NCBI GenBank assembly: GCA_963662545.2
Contig: CAXXLL010000002.1
Location: 288,001 to 352,000, forward strand
Reading direction: 5' to 3'
Source of the DNA: Gammaproteobacteria bacterium
Lineage (GTDB): Bacteria; Pseudomonadota; Gammaproteobacteria; Ga0077536
Length of the DNA: 64,000 nt
Shown: positions 1 through 9,747 of the stretch, piece by piece
Numbering within the stretch: position 1 is the stretch's first letter
How the letters are laid out: every line of letters begins with the position of its first letter
Notes under the pieces: generated by a model
What the model saw: only the letters and a program-made list of their open reading frames with translations
What the model was told of the DNA's origin: nothing
Database searches by the model: none
Translations under genes and position numbers: made by a program

Positions 1-1
1 G

Positions 2-1171
2 CTGGAGTTGAAAATCCTCTTGTTACTCGGCCCGCTGGTCAGCGCATCCCAGGGGAATTCATCTCCGGAGGTCGAAACCGTTTACAAGCGCGCCCTGAAG
101 CTGTGCCGGCAGGCGCAAGACAGTACGTCGCGTTTCCCTGCTTATTTCGGACTGCGTGCCTATTATCTTGCCAAATCCGATCTCAAGTCCGCGCACGAGA
201 TCGGACAGGCATTGTATAAGGCCGCCAAGTCCAGCGGTCGGGCGGAGTATCTGCTGGAAGCCAATGTAGCGCTGATCAGTTCACATTTCTTTCGTGGCGA
301 CATCGCGGCCGCGGAGCGTCATATCTCGGAGGGATTGAAACTGTATGATCGTTCCGCGCACAGCAAGCATGCCTTCATCTACGGCGTCGAACCGGGCAGC
401 ATCTGCCTGGTCCGGGGTGCTCAGAACGCCTGGTTGCGCGGCTATCCCGACCAAGCGCTGGGGACGATGCAACAGGCCTTGGATCTCGCTGACGATATCG
501 GTCATTCGGTCAGTCGCGCGTTCGTCTACGGCAATGCCTGCAACCTTCACGGCTGGCTTGGCCAGCACGAACAGGCGGAAACGTATGCCAGCATGGCGAT
601 CGACATCGCCGATGAATTCGGCATCGCGTTTGCGCACGGATGGAGCCTCATCCAGCGTGGCCATGCGCGCGTTTGCCTCGCGCGGCACGACGCCGGCTTA
701 GAGGATATCGAAGGCGGCATGGCCATCATCGAAAAATCGACTTCGGCCGAAGCCGTGCGTTCACAATTGATGTATTCGTGGTTCATGACTTTGACGGCCG
801 ACGCCTATGGTCGAACCGGCGATCCTGAAAAGGGGCTCGCACTGTTACCGGAGGCCATCGCCTTGATCGAGAAGACCGGCGCCCGCTACCCCGAGCCCGT
901 GCTCTATCGTGTCCGCGGTGAGTTGCTGCATCGTTTGAAACTTCACTCCGAAGCCGGCAAATCCATCCTCAAATCGCTGGAGATTGCGCAAACACGCGGC
1001 GCTAAAAGTTTTGAACTGCAAGCCGCCATCAGCCTCGCGAAATTATGGAGAGAACAAGGTCGGGGTCAGGAGGCACGCGAGACTTTGAGTGGCGTTCTGA
1101 GTGCGTTTACCGAGGGCTTCGAATCCTACGATTTGTGTGCGGCCAGGAGTCTGCTCGAAGAACTGAATTAG
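2..1171 (+). CDS. C-terminal TPR-like part of a predicted ATPase (adenylate/guanylate cyclase-AAA-TPR type); 5' truncated by window edge
   Basis: Open frame from window start; helical repeats and the family-typical end ELQAAISLAKLW...FTEGFESYDL. Confidence 0.75.
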   Translation: MELKILLLLGPLVSASQGNSSPEVETVYKRALKLCRQAQDSTSRFPAYFGLRAYYLAKSDLKSAHEIGQALYKAAKSSGRAEYLLEANVALISSHFFRGDIAAAERHISEGLKLYDRSAHSKHAFIYGVEPGSICLVRGAQNAWLRGYPDQALGTMQQALDLADDIGHSVSRAFVYGNACNLHGWLGQHEQAETYASMAIDIADEFGIAFAHGWSLIQRGHARVCLARHDAGLEDIEGGMAIIEKSTSAEAVRSQLMYSWFMTLTADAYGRTGDPEKGLALLPEAIALIEKTGARYPEPVLYRVRGELLHRLKLHSEAGKSILKSLEIAQTRGAKSFELQAAISLAKLWREQGRGQEARETLSGVLSAFTEGFESYDLCAARSLLEELN

Positions 1172-1674
1172 TCGACCTCGTGCCCGCCGACCCACGCTCT
1201 GGCGGGCGGCGAGAACGTCTCCAATTCGCAATCGATGAATTCACGATAGCGCTTACCAAAGGCGATTTTATTGCGCGACCACCAGTCACGGCCGACTTTT
1301 CCACTAATTTGGGTCAGCATGGTCTGGCGGAAGCCTTCCCACATGTCCTCCTCGAGGAAACCACGCATGTATTGATAGTAGTAATTTTCGAAATTGCGAA
1401 AGGCTGCCCGCAATATCAGGTCGATTTGTAAATGCTGTTTGCGGGTAAGGCCCTCGCCGTCGCCGAGGGCTGCGGCAATCAGAGTGGCCATTTCTGGATT
1501 CTCCCCCATTCGGAAAGCTAAATCCGCGGACGTACTCGAAATCGATTGAAAGGTTTGCGCCGCGACCATTTTCGAGTTCTGCCTGATCTGCACGGCGAGA
1601 TAGATCAGTGAGGCGATGACGCCGATGCCACTGGCGACCTCGGCTATGAATGCCCATTGTTCGAGTGCGAGCAC
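1168..1674 (-). CDS. Hypothetical protein with N-terminal transmembrane helix
   Basis: GTG start with AGGAGG RBS; N-terminus WAFIAEVASGIGVIASLIYLAVQIRQN resembles a widespread uncharacterised family. Confidence 0.7.
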   Translation of the reverse strand: MLALEQWAFIAEVASGIGVIASLIYLAVQIRQNSKMVAAQTFQSISSTSADLAFRMGENPEMATLIAAALGDGEGLTRKQHLQIDLILRAAFRNFENYYYQYMRGFLEEDMWEGFRQTMLTQISGKVGRDWWSRNKIAFGKRYREFIDCELETFSPPARAWVGGHEVD

Positions 1675-1707
1675 GGTTTCCTCCTGTAGAATTCATCGGA
1701 AGAATGT

Positions 1708-2946
1708 ATGCCCCATGCGCAGCCGATGAAAGCGAGAAAAATGCATCCGGAAGCAGTCGAGCGTTTCGATCCGCGTGATCTACGCGACGCATTCTACGAC
1801 GATCCCTACCCGACTTACCGCGCGCTGCGAGAACACGATCCGGTGCATCGCTGTCCCGACGGCACTTGGTTTCTGACCCGCCACGCCGACATCAATCAAA
1901 TCTATCGTCATCCCAAGCTGTTCAGTTCCGACAAGCAGGAACAGTTCCGGCCGCTATTCGGCGACAGCCCGCTGTTCGCACACCACACCACGAGTCTCGT
2001 GTTCAACGATCCGCCGTTGCATACGAATGTGCGCAAAGCCATCGGCGACGCACTGTCGCCCAAGATGGTGGCGGCCATGGAGCCGAGTCTGATCGCGTTG
2101 GTCGATCGCCTCCTCGAGCCCATTGACGACCGCAAGAAATGTGATCTAATGGCCGATTTCGCCTCCGCGATTCCGATCGAGGTCATCGGTAATCTGCTTG
2201 ACATAGCCCGTGCCGATCGTGGGCCATTGCAACGCTGGTCGAATGCCATCTTGGGCGCGCTCGAATTCGGCTCCGACCAACAGGTGCTGGACGACGGTAA
2301 CGCCGCGGTGATCGAATTCGTCGACTTTCTCAAGGACTTGATCGCCGAACGCCGCCGACATGCGGGCGGGGACGACATCGTGAGCCGCCTCATCCGTTGG
2401 GAATCACCCGCATTCAAGCTGTCGGAATTTCAGATCTATCACCAGTGCATTTTTCTTTTGAATGCCGGGCATGAAACCACGACAAACTTGATCGGCAACG
2501 GCGTGCTGGCGCTCCTCAACCATCCGGTCGAACTCGAACGATTGCGACGGGCACCGGCTTTGATCGACGGTGCGGTCGAGGAATTCCTGCGTTTTGAAAG
2601 CCCGGTTCAACTCGGCAACCGCACGGTCACGGAGTCCACGGAGATCGGCGAGGTAGCGCTGGCCGCGGGGTCGATCCTGACGCTCTGCATCGGCGCCGCC
2701 AACCGCGATCCTGATGCGTTCGACGATCCCGATCGCCTCGACATCACACGGCAGCCGAATGCGCACAATGCCTTCGGCGGCGGTATTCATACCTGTGCGG
2801 GGCTCGCCGTCGCGCGCCTGGAAGCTAAGATCGGCGTCACTCGATTGCTGGCGCGCTTTCCGGTGATCGAACTCGCTGGAGCGGCGGTGCCGGCCCGGCG
2901 CGCGCGTTTCAGAGGGCTTAAGTCGCTGCCGCTTACCTGCCGTTGA
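1708..2946 (+). CDS. Cytochrome P450
   Basis: I-helix AGHETT, ExxR (EEFLRFESP), heme motif FGGGIHTCAG; start may be 1726 or 1741. Confidence 0.95.
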   Translation: MPHAQPMKARKMHPEAVERFDPRDLRDAFYDDPYPTYRALREHDPVHRCPDGTWFLTRHADINQIYRHPKLFSSDKQEQFRPLFGDSPLFAHHTTSLVFNDPPLHTNVRKAIGDALSPKMVAAMEPSLIALVDRLLEPIDDRKKCDLMADFASAIPIEVIGNLLDIARADRGPLQRWSNAILGALEFGSDQQVLDDGNAAVIEFVDFLKDLIAERRRHAGGDDIVSRLIRWESPAFKLSEFQIYHQCIFLLNAGHETTTNLIGNGVLALLNHPVELERLRRAPALIDGAVEEFLRFESPVQLGNRTVTESTEIGEVALAAGSILTLCIGAANRDPDAFDDPDRLDITRQPNAHNAFGGGIHTCAGLAVARLEAKIGVTRLLARFPVIELAGAAVPARRARFRGLKSLPLTCR

Positions 2947-2971
2947 AGCCTGGATGCAGATAACAGGCCCG

Positions 2972-4282
2972 TTACCCGGAAGCGCTTGGGTCGAAGTGTC
3001 GCTCGAGGCCGCCCCAGGTGTTTTCGCGGTAATCCTGCTGCAGGTAGGACGACTCGAGTGCCCAAGTTGTCACCTTGAGTACGTAGCGTGTCTCGAACAT
3101 GATGGACAGTGAATTTTCTACCTTGATCGGTTCGAGTTGCGCACCGGTTCCGCCCTCGTAGACCTTCAAGTCCGGACCATGCGGCACCATCGAGTTGTGC
3201 AGGCCGATCCCGCCGGGCGCGAAACCTTCTTTCCTCGCTTCGTACTGGCCGTAGATCAGTCCCATGAATTCGCTCATCACGTTGCGGTGATACCAGGGCG
3301 GGCGGAAGGTGTTTTCGGCAACGACCCAGCGCGACGGAAAGATGACCAGGTCGATGTTGGCGACGCCCGGGGTGTTGGAAGGTGATGTCAGGACCGTGAA
3401 GATCGACGGATCCGCGTGGTCGAAGCTGACCGTGTTCATGGTGTTGAAACGGTTGAGGTCGTATTTGTACGGCACGGCGTCGCCGATCCAGGCGACGACA
3501 TCCAGCGGGCAATGGCCCATGACGCAGCGATAGAGCGCGCCTTGGAATTTGCACACCAGTTCGCACTCGCCATCGTCATCGACGAAATGCGCCACGGGGC
3601 AAAAGAAATCGCGGTCATTGGCGAAGCCGTCGGATCCCACTGGACCCCGTTCAGGCAGTCGCAGGAAAGCGCCGTAATTTTCGCAGACGTAGCCCCGGGC
3701 GGTGGCGTCGATGAGATCGATCTTGAATTTCATGCCGCGCGGTATGACGACGATCTCGCCCGGCGCGACTTCGAGAATTCCGCATTCCGTGTAAACCTGG
3801 AGTGCACCGGCCTGGGGGACAATGAGCATTTCACCGTCGGCATTGACGAAATACCGGTGGTCCATGCTGCGGGTCGCGGTATAGATGTGCGCACCCATGC
3901 CCGTCTGCTCGCTCACCCTGCCGTTCGCCGCGATCGTGACCAGGCCGTCGACGAAATCATGATCGCGCGAGGGGATCTCCGGCGGATCCCAGCGCAGGGG
4001 CTTGGGCGGCGTCGGCGCGCCCGTGATCGGTCCGGATTTCAGCAGGCCCGCGTCCATTGGGACGAACTCACCCTGTTTCACGGATGGCCTTATGCGATAA
4101 AACCAGGTGCGGCGATTCTCCGCGCGCGGCGCCGTGAACGCGCTGCTACTGAATTTTTCGGTGTAGAGACCGAACGGCACGCGTTGCGGTGAAAACTGCC
4201 CCTGCGGCAACGCGCCGGCGAGCGCTTCGCTCTCGAACTCGTTGCCGAATCCGGACAGGTAGTTGAGTACGCTCATTTGCAT
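2972..4282 (-). CDS. hmgA: Homogentisate 1,2-dioxygenase
   Basis: YLSGFGNEFESEALAGALPQGQFSPQ, DHADPSIFTVLT, RPPWYHRNVMSEFMG; GGAG RBS before ATG 4282. Confidence 0.95.
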   Translation of the reverse strand: MQMSVLNYLSGFGNEFESEALAGALPQGQFSPQRVPFGLYTEKFSSSAFTAPRAENRRTWFYRIRPSVKQGEFVPMDAGLLKSGPITGAPTPPKPLRWDPPEIPSRDHDFVDGLVTIAANGRVSEQTGMGAHIYTATRSMDHRYFVNADGEMLIVPQAGALQVYTECGILEVAPGEIVVIPRGMKFKIDLIDATARGYVCENYGAFLRLPERGPVGSDGFANDRDFFCPVAHFVDDDGECELVCKFQGALYRCVMGHCPLDVVAWIGDAVPYKYDLNRFNTMNTVSFDHADPSIFTVLTSPSNTPGVANIDLVIFPSRWVVAENTFRPPWYHRNVMSEFMGLIYGQYEARKEGFAPGGIGLHNSMVPHGPDLKVYEGGTGAQLEPIKVENSLSIMFETRYVLKVTTWALESSYLQQDYRENTWGGLERHFDPSASG

Positions 4283-4498
4283 TTGGCTCCATCGTTTCGA
4301 CGGCGCCGTGCCCGCGGTGCCGGCGTCCATTATATGAGCGGAACCGGCATGGCGCTGCTCGAACTGCTTAGCCAGAGCTTGTGCAGGCAGTTAAGATAGA
4401 GTGAACGCAATGCATATTCCGACCGACAGCGCCGGCATCGCCATGCGGCGGCATCTCAAAGCCCTGTCCGATCGGGAGCAGATTGCCGGCTGACCGCG

Positions 4499-5689
4499 AT
4501 GGACATGACATCGAAGACCTTCACCGCCGACCGGGCGAAGAACCGCGAGGTGCTGCTCGGCGGCGTCGAGCGGATCCGGGAGGTGCTCGCGGCACAGTGC
4601 GAGGAAGAGGAAGCGGCGGCCACACTGTCTGCCAAGACCGTACAGGCGCTGGTGAAAACCGGTATTTTCGCCATGAAGCTGCCGTCCGTGCTCGGCGGCG
4701 CGGAAGCGGATCCGGTCACGCAGTTCGAGGTGATCGAAGCCGTCGCCGCGGTTAACGCGTCCGCCGGCTGGTGCACCATGGTGGGCGCCACCAGTGTCGG
4801 ACTGCCGGGCGCTTTTCTGCCCGACGAGGGCATCGAGCAGATGTTCGCGGACAAGCGTGTTCCACGCGGCGCCATCTGCATCATGCCCGCGGGGCAGGGG
4901 CAGCCCGCCGCAGGCGGTTATCAGGTCAGCGGTCGGTGGTCGTTTGCGAGCGGGATCCGCCACTCGGAATGGATCACGGCCTGCGCGCGGGTCACGCGCG
5001 AACCGGACGCGCCGCCGGAACTGCGTATGATGGTCTTTCCGACCGGTGCTGCCGAGATACACGATAATTGGCAGGTTGCGGGACTCAAGGGTACCGGGTC
5101 CTGTGATCTCTCAATCGAAGACCATTTCGTGCCGGATGCACTGTCCTGGAATCTCCTCGAGGGAGAACCGTGCCGCGGCGGTGCCCTCTACGCCCTCGGA
5201 CTACCGGCCTTCGTCGCCAATGAACACGCCGCCTTCGCTTGCGGCGTCGGCCGTTGCGCGCTCGATACGCTGATCGAATTGGCGGCGAAGAAGAAACGCG
5301 GCTATGACCCGAAGGCATCGAGTCTTGCGCGGCGGTCTTCGGTTCAGCGCATGATCGGCGCGAGCGAGTTGCGCCTCCGCGCGGCACGCGCGCTCGCGAT
5401 TGATTTAAACGAGCAGGCCTGGCGTGTGGTCTGTGGTGGAAAGGCCGTACCGCCGCGGTTGCACTCGGAACTCAGGAGCGCCGCCACCTATTGCACCGAG
5501 GTCGCGGCCGAGGTCACGACGCAGGCATTCAGGTACGCGGGCGGCGGTGCCATTTATCATGGCAACATCCTGCAGCGCTGTCTGCGAGATATCAACGTCG
5601 CCGCGCAGCACCTGCTGGTGAGCGAAGTGTCCTATGAGAACCTCGGGCAATTCGCGCTCGGTTTCCCCGATGCGAATCCCATGGGCTGA
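4499..5689 (+). CDS. Acyl-CoA dehydrogenase-fold flavin-dependent monooxygenase (HsaA/C2-like oxygenase component)
   Basis: SGRWSFASG, DNWQVAGLKGTGS, LQRCLRDINVAAQH. Confidence 0.85.
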   Translation: MDMTSKTFTADRAKNREVLLGGVERIREVLAAQCEEEEAAATLSAKTVQALVKTGIFAMKLPSVLGGAEADPVTQFEVIEAVAAVNASAGWCTMVGATSVGLPGAFLPDEGIEQMFADKRVPRGAICIMPAGQGQPAAGGYQVSGRWSFASGIRHSEWITACARVTREPDAPPELRMMVFPTGAAEIHDNWQVAGLKGTGSCDLSIEDHFVPDALSWNLLEGEPCRGGALYALGLPAFVANEHAAFACGVGRCALDTLIELAAKKKRGYDPKASSLARRSSVQRMIGASELRLRAARALAIDLNEQAWRVVCGGKAVPPRLHSELRSAATYCTEVAAEVTTQAFRYAGGGAIYHGNILQRCLRDINVAAQHLLVSEVSYENLGQFALGFPDANPMG

Positions 5690-5712
5690 CCGCAAGCAGC
5701 AGTACGACCACG

Positions 5713-6741
5713 ATGGACATCGGCCTCATCTTCACCGGCGCGGATATGACGATGGCCGAGCTAACGGCAATCGGGCGGCGCGCGGAGCAGAGCGGCGTGG
5801 CGTCACTTTACCTGGCCGAAGCGTGGCGCAGCGGCTGGGTGCCGTTGACCGCGCTTGCCGCCGCCACGGGCCGCGTGCGGCTCGGGCCTTACGTACTGAA
5901 TGCCTACGGCCGCAGTCCCCTGCTCGCCGGCATGTCGGCGATCGACTTCAATGATTTCAGTAAGCAGCGCCTGGTGCTCGGGGTCGGTGGCGGTAACCGC
6001 ACCATCAATGAACAATGGCAGGGAATTCCGCACGCACGCGTGTTGACCAAGATGGCCGAGTACGTGACCTTGATGCAGCGCATGGCGCGCACGCGGCTCG
6101 GCGAAACCTTGGATTTCGAGGGCAAGATTCACCGCATGCACTGGTCGCCTGGTGTCGATCCGGGAGACCGGCCGTTCCCGGTCTATCTCGCCGCGGTCTT
6201 TCCGCGCATGCTGAAAGTCGCAGGCCGGGTTGCCGACGGTATCGCCTGCGGCGCGACCTTATCGGTTGACTATCTGCGGGACGTCGTTCGACCGCAAGTC
6301 ATCGATGCGGCGACCACGGCCGGGCGGGATCCCAGTGCAATCGCTTGGACCGCCGTCCATTTCATCGCCGTCGACGAAGATCGGGCGCGTGCGCGGCGGG
6401 CGGCACGCGAAGCGATCTGCCACCTGTATGCACCACTGCCGCATCCCTATTACGAGTACACGATGCGGGAGCAGGGATTCGGCGCCGCCGCCGATGCGGC
6501 GCTCACCCACATGCCCGCCGGTCATCTCGAGGCGGCCGTCGCCGCCATTCCGGACGAATGCATCGACCGCCTGGTGATCGCGGGTACGCCGGAGGACTGC
6601 CGGGCGAGATTAGCGGCCTACGAAGGCGTAGTCGACGAAATCGTGTTGTTGAACGCGCTACCCGCCGGCGACGATGGGGTGGAAGAATCGTATGGCTCGT
6701 TGATGCAGTTAGTCGAGTCTCACAGGGACCAAGCGACGTGA
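5713..6741 (+). CDS. LLM-class (luciferase-like) flavin/F420-dependent oxidoreductase
   Basis: LYLAEAW, LTALAAATGRVRLG, RLVLGVGGG, AGRVADG, IAGTPEDC. Confidence 0.85.
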   Translation: MDIGLIFTGADMTMAELTAIGRRAEQSGVASLYLAEAWRSGWVPLTALAAATGRVRLGPYVLNAYGRSPLLAGMSAIDFNDFSKQRLVLGVGGGNRTINEQWQGIPHARVLTKMAEYVTLMQRMARTRLGETLDFEGKIHRMHWSPGVDPGDRPFPVYLAAVFPRMLKVAGRVADGIACGATLSVDYLRDVVRPQVIDAATTAGRDPSAIAWTAVHFIAVDEDRARARRAAREAICHLYAPLPHPYYEYTMREQGFGAAADAALTHMPAGHLEAAVAAIPDECIDRLVIAGTPEDCRARLAAYEGVVDEIVLLNALPAGDDGVEESYGSLMQLVESHRDQAT

Positions 6742-6750
6742 AGGCGGCGA

Positions 6751-8100
6751 TCAGCGATAGGCTTGTGCGGGTAGCCACGTCACCACTTGCTGCCAGTTGA
6801 AGATGATGACCAGTCCCAGTAGCTGCAGGGCCACGAACGGCGCGACGCCCCGGTAAATCGTAAGGACGTCGATGTCGTCGGGCGCGACTCCTTTCAAATA
6901 GAAAATCGCGAAGCCCACGGGCGGTGTCAGAAAGCTCGTCTGTAGGCACACCGCGAACATCACGGTAAACCAGACCGGATCGAAACCGAGGTTTACCACC
7001 ACCGGTGACACCAGCGGCAAAATGATGAGCGTGATCTCGATCCAGTCCAGGAAGAAACCCAGGATAAAGGTCGCCAGGAGAATACAGATCACGATGCCGC
7101 TGGGATCGAACGGCAGGTTGAGCAGAATGCGCTCGATCAACACGTCTCCGCCAAGCCCGCGCAACACCAGCGAGAACGCCGTTGCACCGATCAGCACCGC
7201 GAAGATGAAGCCCGTGGTGCGGGTCGTTTCGATTAGAACTTCTTGCAGAACACCCATGCTGATCCGCCGCTTCAGGCAGGCGAGCAGCAAGGCGCCCGCG
7301 GCGCCCACGCCCGCCGCTTCGGTCGGTGTCGCGATACCGAAAAAAATGCTGCCGAGGACGGCGAGGATCAGGAAGGCCGGGGGCAGGATCGCCAAGAAGA
7401 GCGCGCGAATTGCGTCCCAGTCCATGGCCTCGCCCCGTGCGGCCGGGGCGCCGTCCGGGCGCAGCAAGCCATAGCCGAGGATGTAGAGCACATAAAGCCC
7501 GCCCAGCAGCATCCCCGGAAAAACCGCGCCCATGAAGAGGTCGCCGACACTCATCGACAGCCGGTCCGCCATCAGCACCAGCATGATGCTCGGCGGTATG
7601 AGGATCCCGAGCGTACCCACTGCGCAGACCGTACCCGCGGCCAGCCGGCGATCGTAACCCTCATTCAGCATGACGGGCAGGCCGATCAAGGCGAGGAGCA
7701 CCACCGAGGCGCCGATGATACCGGTCGTGGCAGCGAGCAACAGGCCGATCGCGGTGACGGTAATGGCGAGGCCGCCGCGAATGCGGCCGAACAACCGCGC
7801 GAAGCTCGTCATGAGCTGGTACGCAATACCCGAGCGGTCGAGCAGAAAGCCCATGAAGATGAACATGGGCAGGGCCACCAACACCCAACTCTCCATCACG
7901 TACCAGATGCGATCGACGGTCAAGGACGTGTAATCCCAGTCGACGTTGATCGGAACCGCGAAATCGACGTTCATGATGATCGCGAACGCGGTGAACATCA
8001 CGGCCAGGCCGCCGAGGATCCAGGCGACCGGAAACCCGGTGAACACGAGCGCGATGAAGCTCGCGAACATCAACATGGCCATGAGTTCATTCAGCGCCAC
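6751..8100 (-). CDS. TRAP transporter large permease (DctM)
   Basis: Polytopic; GTLGILIPPS, ATPTEAAGVG, LTPPVG; GTG at 8100 overlaps the small subunit stop. Confidence 0.92.
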   Translation of the reverse strand: MALNELMAMLMFASFIALVFTGFPVAWILGGLAVMFTAFAIIMNVDFAVPINVDWDYTSLTVDRIWYVMESWVLVALPMFIFMGFLLDRSGIAYQLMTSFARLFGRIRGGLAITVTAIGLLLAATTGIIGASVVLLALIGLPVMLNEGYDRRLAAGTVCAVGTLGILIPPSIMLVLMADRLSMSVGDLFMGAVFPGMLLGGLYVLYILGYGLLRPDGAPAARGEAMDWDAIRALFLAILPPAFLILAVLGSIFFGIATPTEAAGVGAAGALLLACLKRRISMGVLQEVLIETTRTTGFIFAVLIGATAFSLVLRGLGGDVLIERILLNLPFDPSGIVICILLATFILGFFLDWIEITLIILPLVSPVVVNLGFDPVWFTVMFAVCLQTSFLTPPVGFAIFYLKGVAPDDIDVLTIYRGVAPFVALQLLGLVIIFNWQQVVTWLPAQAYR

Positions 8101-8620
8101 GATCGACGCCCGATTCGAAGAAGAGCAGGGACCAGACACGCGACAAGCGTGAGACCACGGCCAACAGCAGCAGAAAGAAACCAAGTGGCAGCATAGCCTT
8201 GATCGCCCAGCGGAACGGCAGACCGCCGGGCGCCTGTGATACTTCACCGAGTTCATAGGCGGTCCGCACAAAGGGCAGGCTGTAGATCAAAATGAGCGCG
8301 ATGAAAGGCAGGAGGAAAAGCACGATGCCGTAAAGTTCGATCCAGGCCTGGAGCCGCGCTGACAGTCGCTCGTGGACGACGTCGACCCGGATATGCGCAT
8401 CTGCCTGGTAGCTATAAGCGAGGCCCAGCAGAAACCCGGTGGCATAGATGTGCCACTGGATCTCTTCGAACTCGATGCGGCCTATGCCGAAAGCGTAGCG
8501 CAGCACGACGTTGATACAGATGATCACGAGTAATAGCAGCCACAGCCAGGAAGCCCACTGGCCGAGCGTGATCAACAAGGGATCGATCAACCGCGAAACG
8601 CGGGTTTGAGGCAGGTTCAC
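8087..8620 (-). CDS. TRAP transporter small permease (DctQ)
   Basis: Four TM helices, HIRVD motif, lies between DctP and DctM. Confidence 0.9.
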   Translation of the reverse strand: MNLPQTRVSRLIDPLLITLGQWASWLWLLLLVIICINVVLRYAFGIGRIEFEEIQWHIYATGFLLGLAYSYQADAHIRVDVVHERLSARLQAWIELYGIVLFLLPFIALILIYSLPFVRTAYELGEVSQAPGGLPFRWAIKAMLPLGFFLLLLAVVSRLSRVWSLLFFESGVDRGAE

Positions 8621-8628
8621 GACTTACT

Positions 8629-9747
8629 TTAAAAATCTCTGGGAAGATAGGCGCGGGCTTTCCAGTGGGCGTACTCGGCACGGAAGCGTTGCTGTGATGC
8701 GAGGATGGTGGCGAAGTCTTCGTCGGCCTCCGCTTCTTCGCGCAGGACATCCTCGGCGATGCGTTTGAGTTCGCGCAGGAGGTCTAGCGGCAGACTTTCG
8801 GCCGACACGCCGATGTCGGGAAATCCGGCGATCACCGCTCCCTGTCTGGCTTCACTCCGAGCGAGATTACGTGTCACTCCCGCGGTACATGCGGTCTCGA
8901 GAAGATTCTGGTCGGCGATCGCCAGGCCGTTCCAAAGCTCGAGATTGACCAGCATGTGCGCCGCGGTTGCCGGCTGATGCCAGCCTGGGTAATAGTTATA
9001 AGGTGCGACACGGCCAAAGCCGAGGCGTTGGTCGACATCGGGCAGTGAAAACTCGGTCGCGTCGATCGCGCCCTTCTCCAGCGCCTGGAAGATCTCACCG
9101 CCGGGCAGCATGGTGACTGAGGCACCGAGGCGTTCAATGACCTTGCCGCCGAGCCCGGCAAAGCGGATCTTGAGTCCCCGAATGTCATCGAGGCTCTCGA
9201 TGCGCGAGCGGAACCAGCCGGCGGTCTCCGGTCCGGTCAGTCCGCAGAACAGGGGATAGGCGTTATATTTTTCGTACAACGCTTCACCGAGTTCGCGCCC
9301 GCCCGCCTCGAACCACCACGCCGAGAATTCCCACGGCTCCATGCCGAACGGCACGGCGCCCAACAGGGCGGAGGCCGGAATTTTGCCCTGGTCGTAGCCG
9401 AGCCAGGTATAGCCGGACTCCACCTTGCCGTCTCTCACGGCATCGAGGATGCTGAACGCGGGCACCACTTCGCCGGGTTCGAATATTTCGAGGTGAACGC
9501 CGCCGCTGCTCACTGCATATATCATGTCGGTGACGTAGACGGGGTTGTCGCCAATGGTGGGCATGGTGGTCTGAAACGCCACCGGCATGCGCCAGTGGAT
9601 GCGCTGCATTTGGCCGCCCGCCGTGGCAGCGACCGCCTGTTCTGCGCCGCCAGGCGGTCGAATCGCGAGGCTGCCGACGAGGCCGGCAATGAAGGCGACG
9701 ATCACGGCAGTCAGCGCCGCACGATGGCCGATCCGGGCATTACTCAT
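8629..9747 (-). CDS. TRAP substrate-binding protein (DctP, TakP-like subfamily)
   Basis: LKIRFAGLGG with the carboxylate-binding Arg, GEIFQALEKGAIDATEF, YYPGWHQP. Confidence 0.9.
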   Translation of the reverse strand: MSNARIGHRAALTAVIVAFIAGLVGSLAIRPPGGAEQAVAATAGGQMQRIHWRMPVAFQTTMPTIGDNPVYVTDMIYAVSSGGVHLEIFEPGEVVPAFSILDAVRDGKVESGYTWLGYDQGKIPASALLGAVPFGMEPWEFSAWWFEAGGRELGEALYEKYNAYPLFCGLTGPETAGWFRSRIESLDDIRGLKIRFAGLGGKVIERLGASVTMLPGGEIFQALEKGAIDATEFSLPDVDQRLGFGRVAPYNYYPGWHQPATAAHMLVNLELWNGLAIADQNLLETACTAGVTRNLARSEARQGAVIAGFPDIGVSAESLPLDLLRELKRIAEDVLREEAEADEDFATILASQQRFRAEYAHWKARAYLPRDF

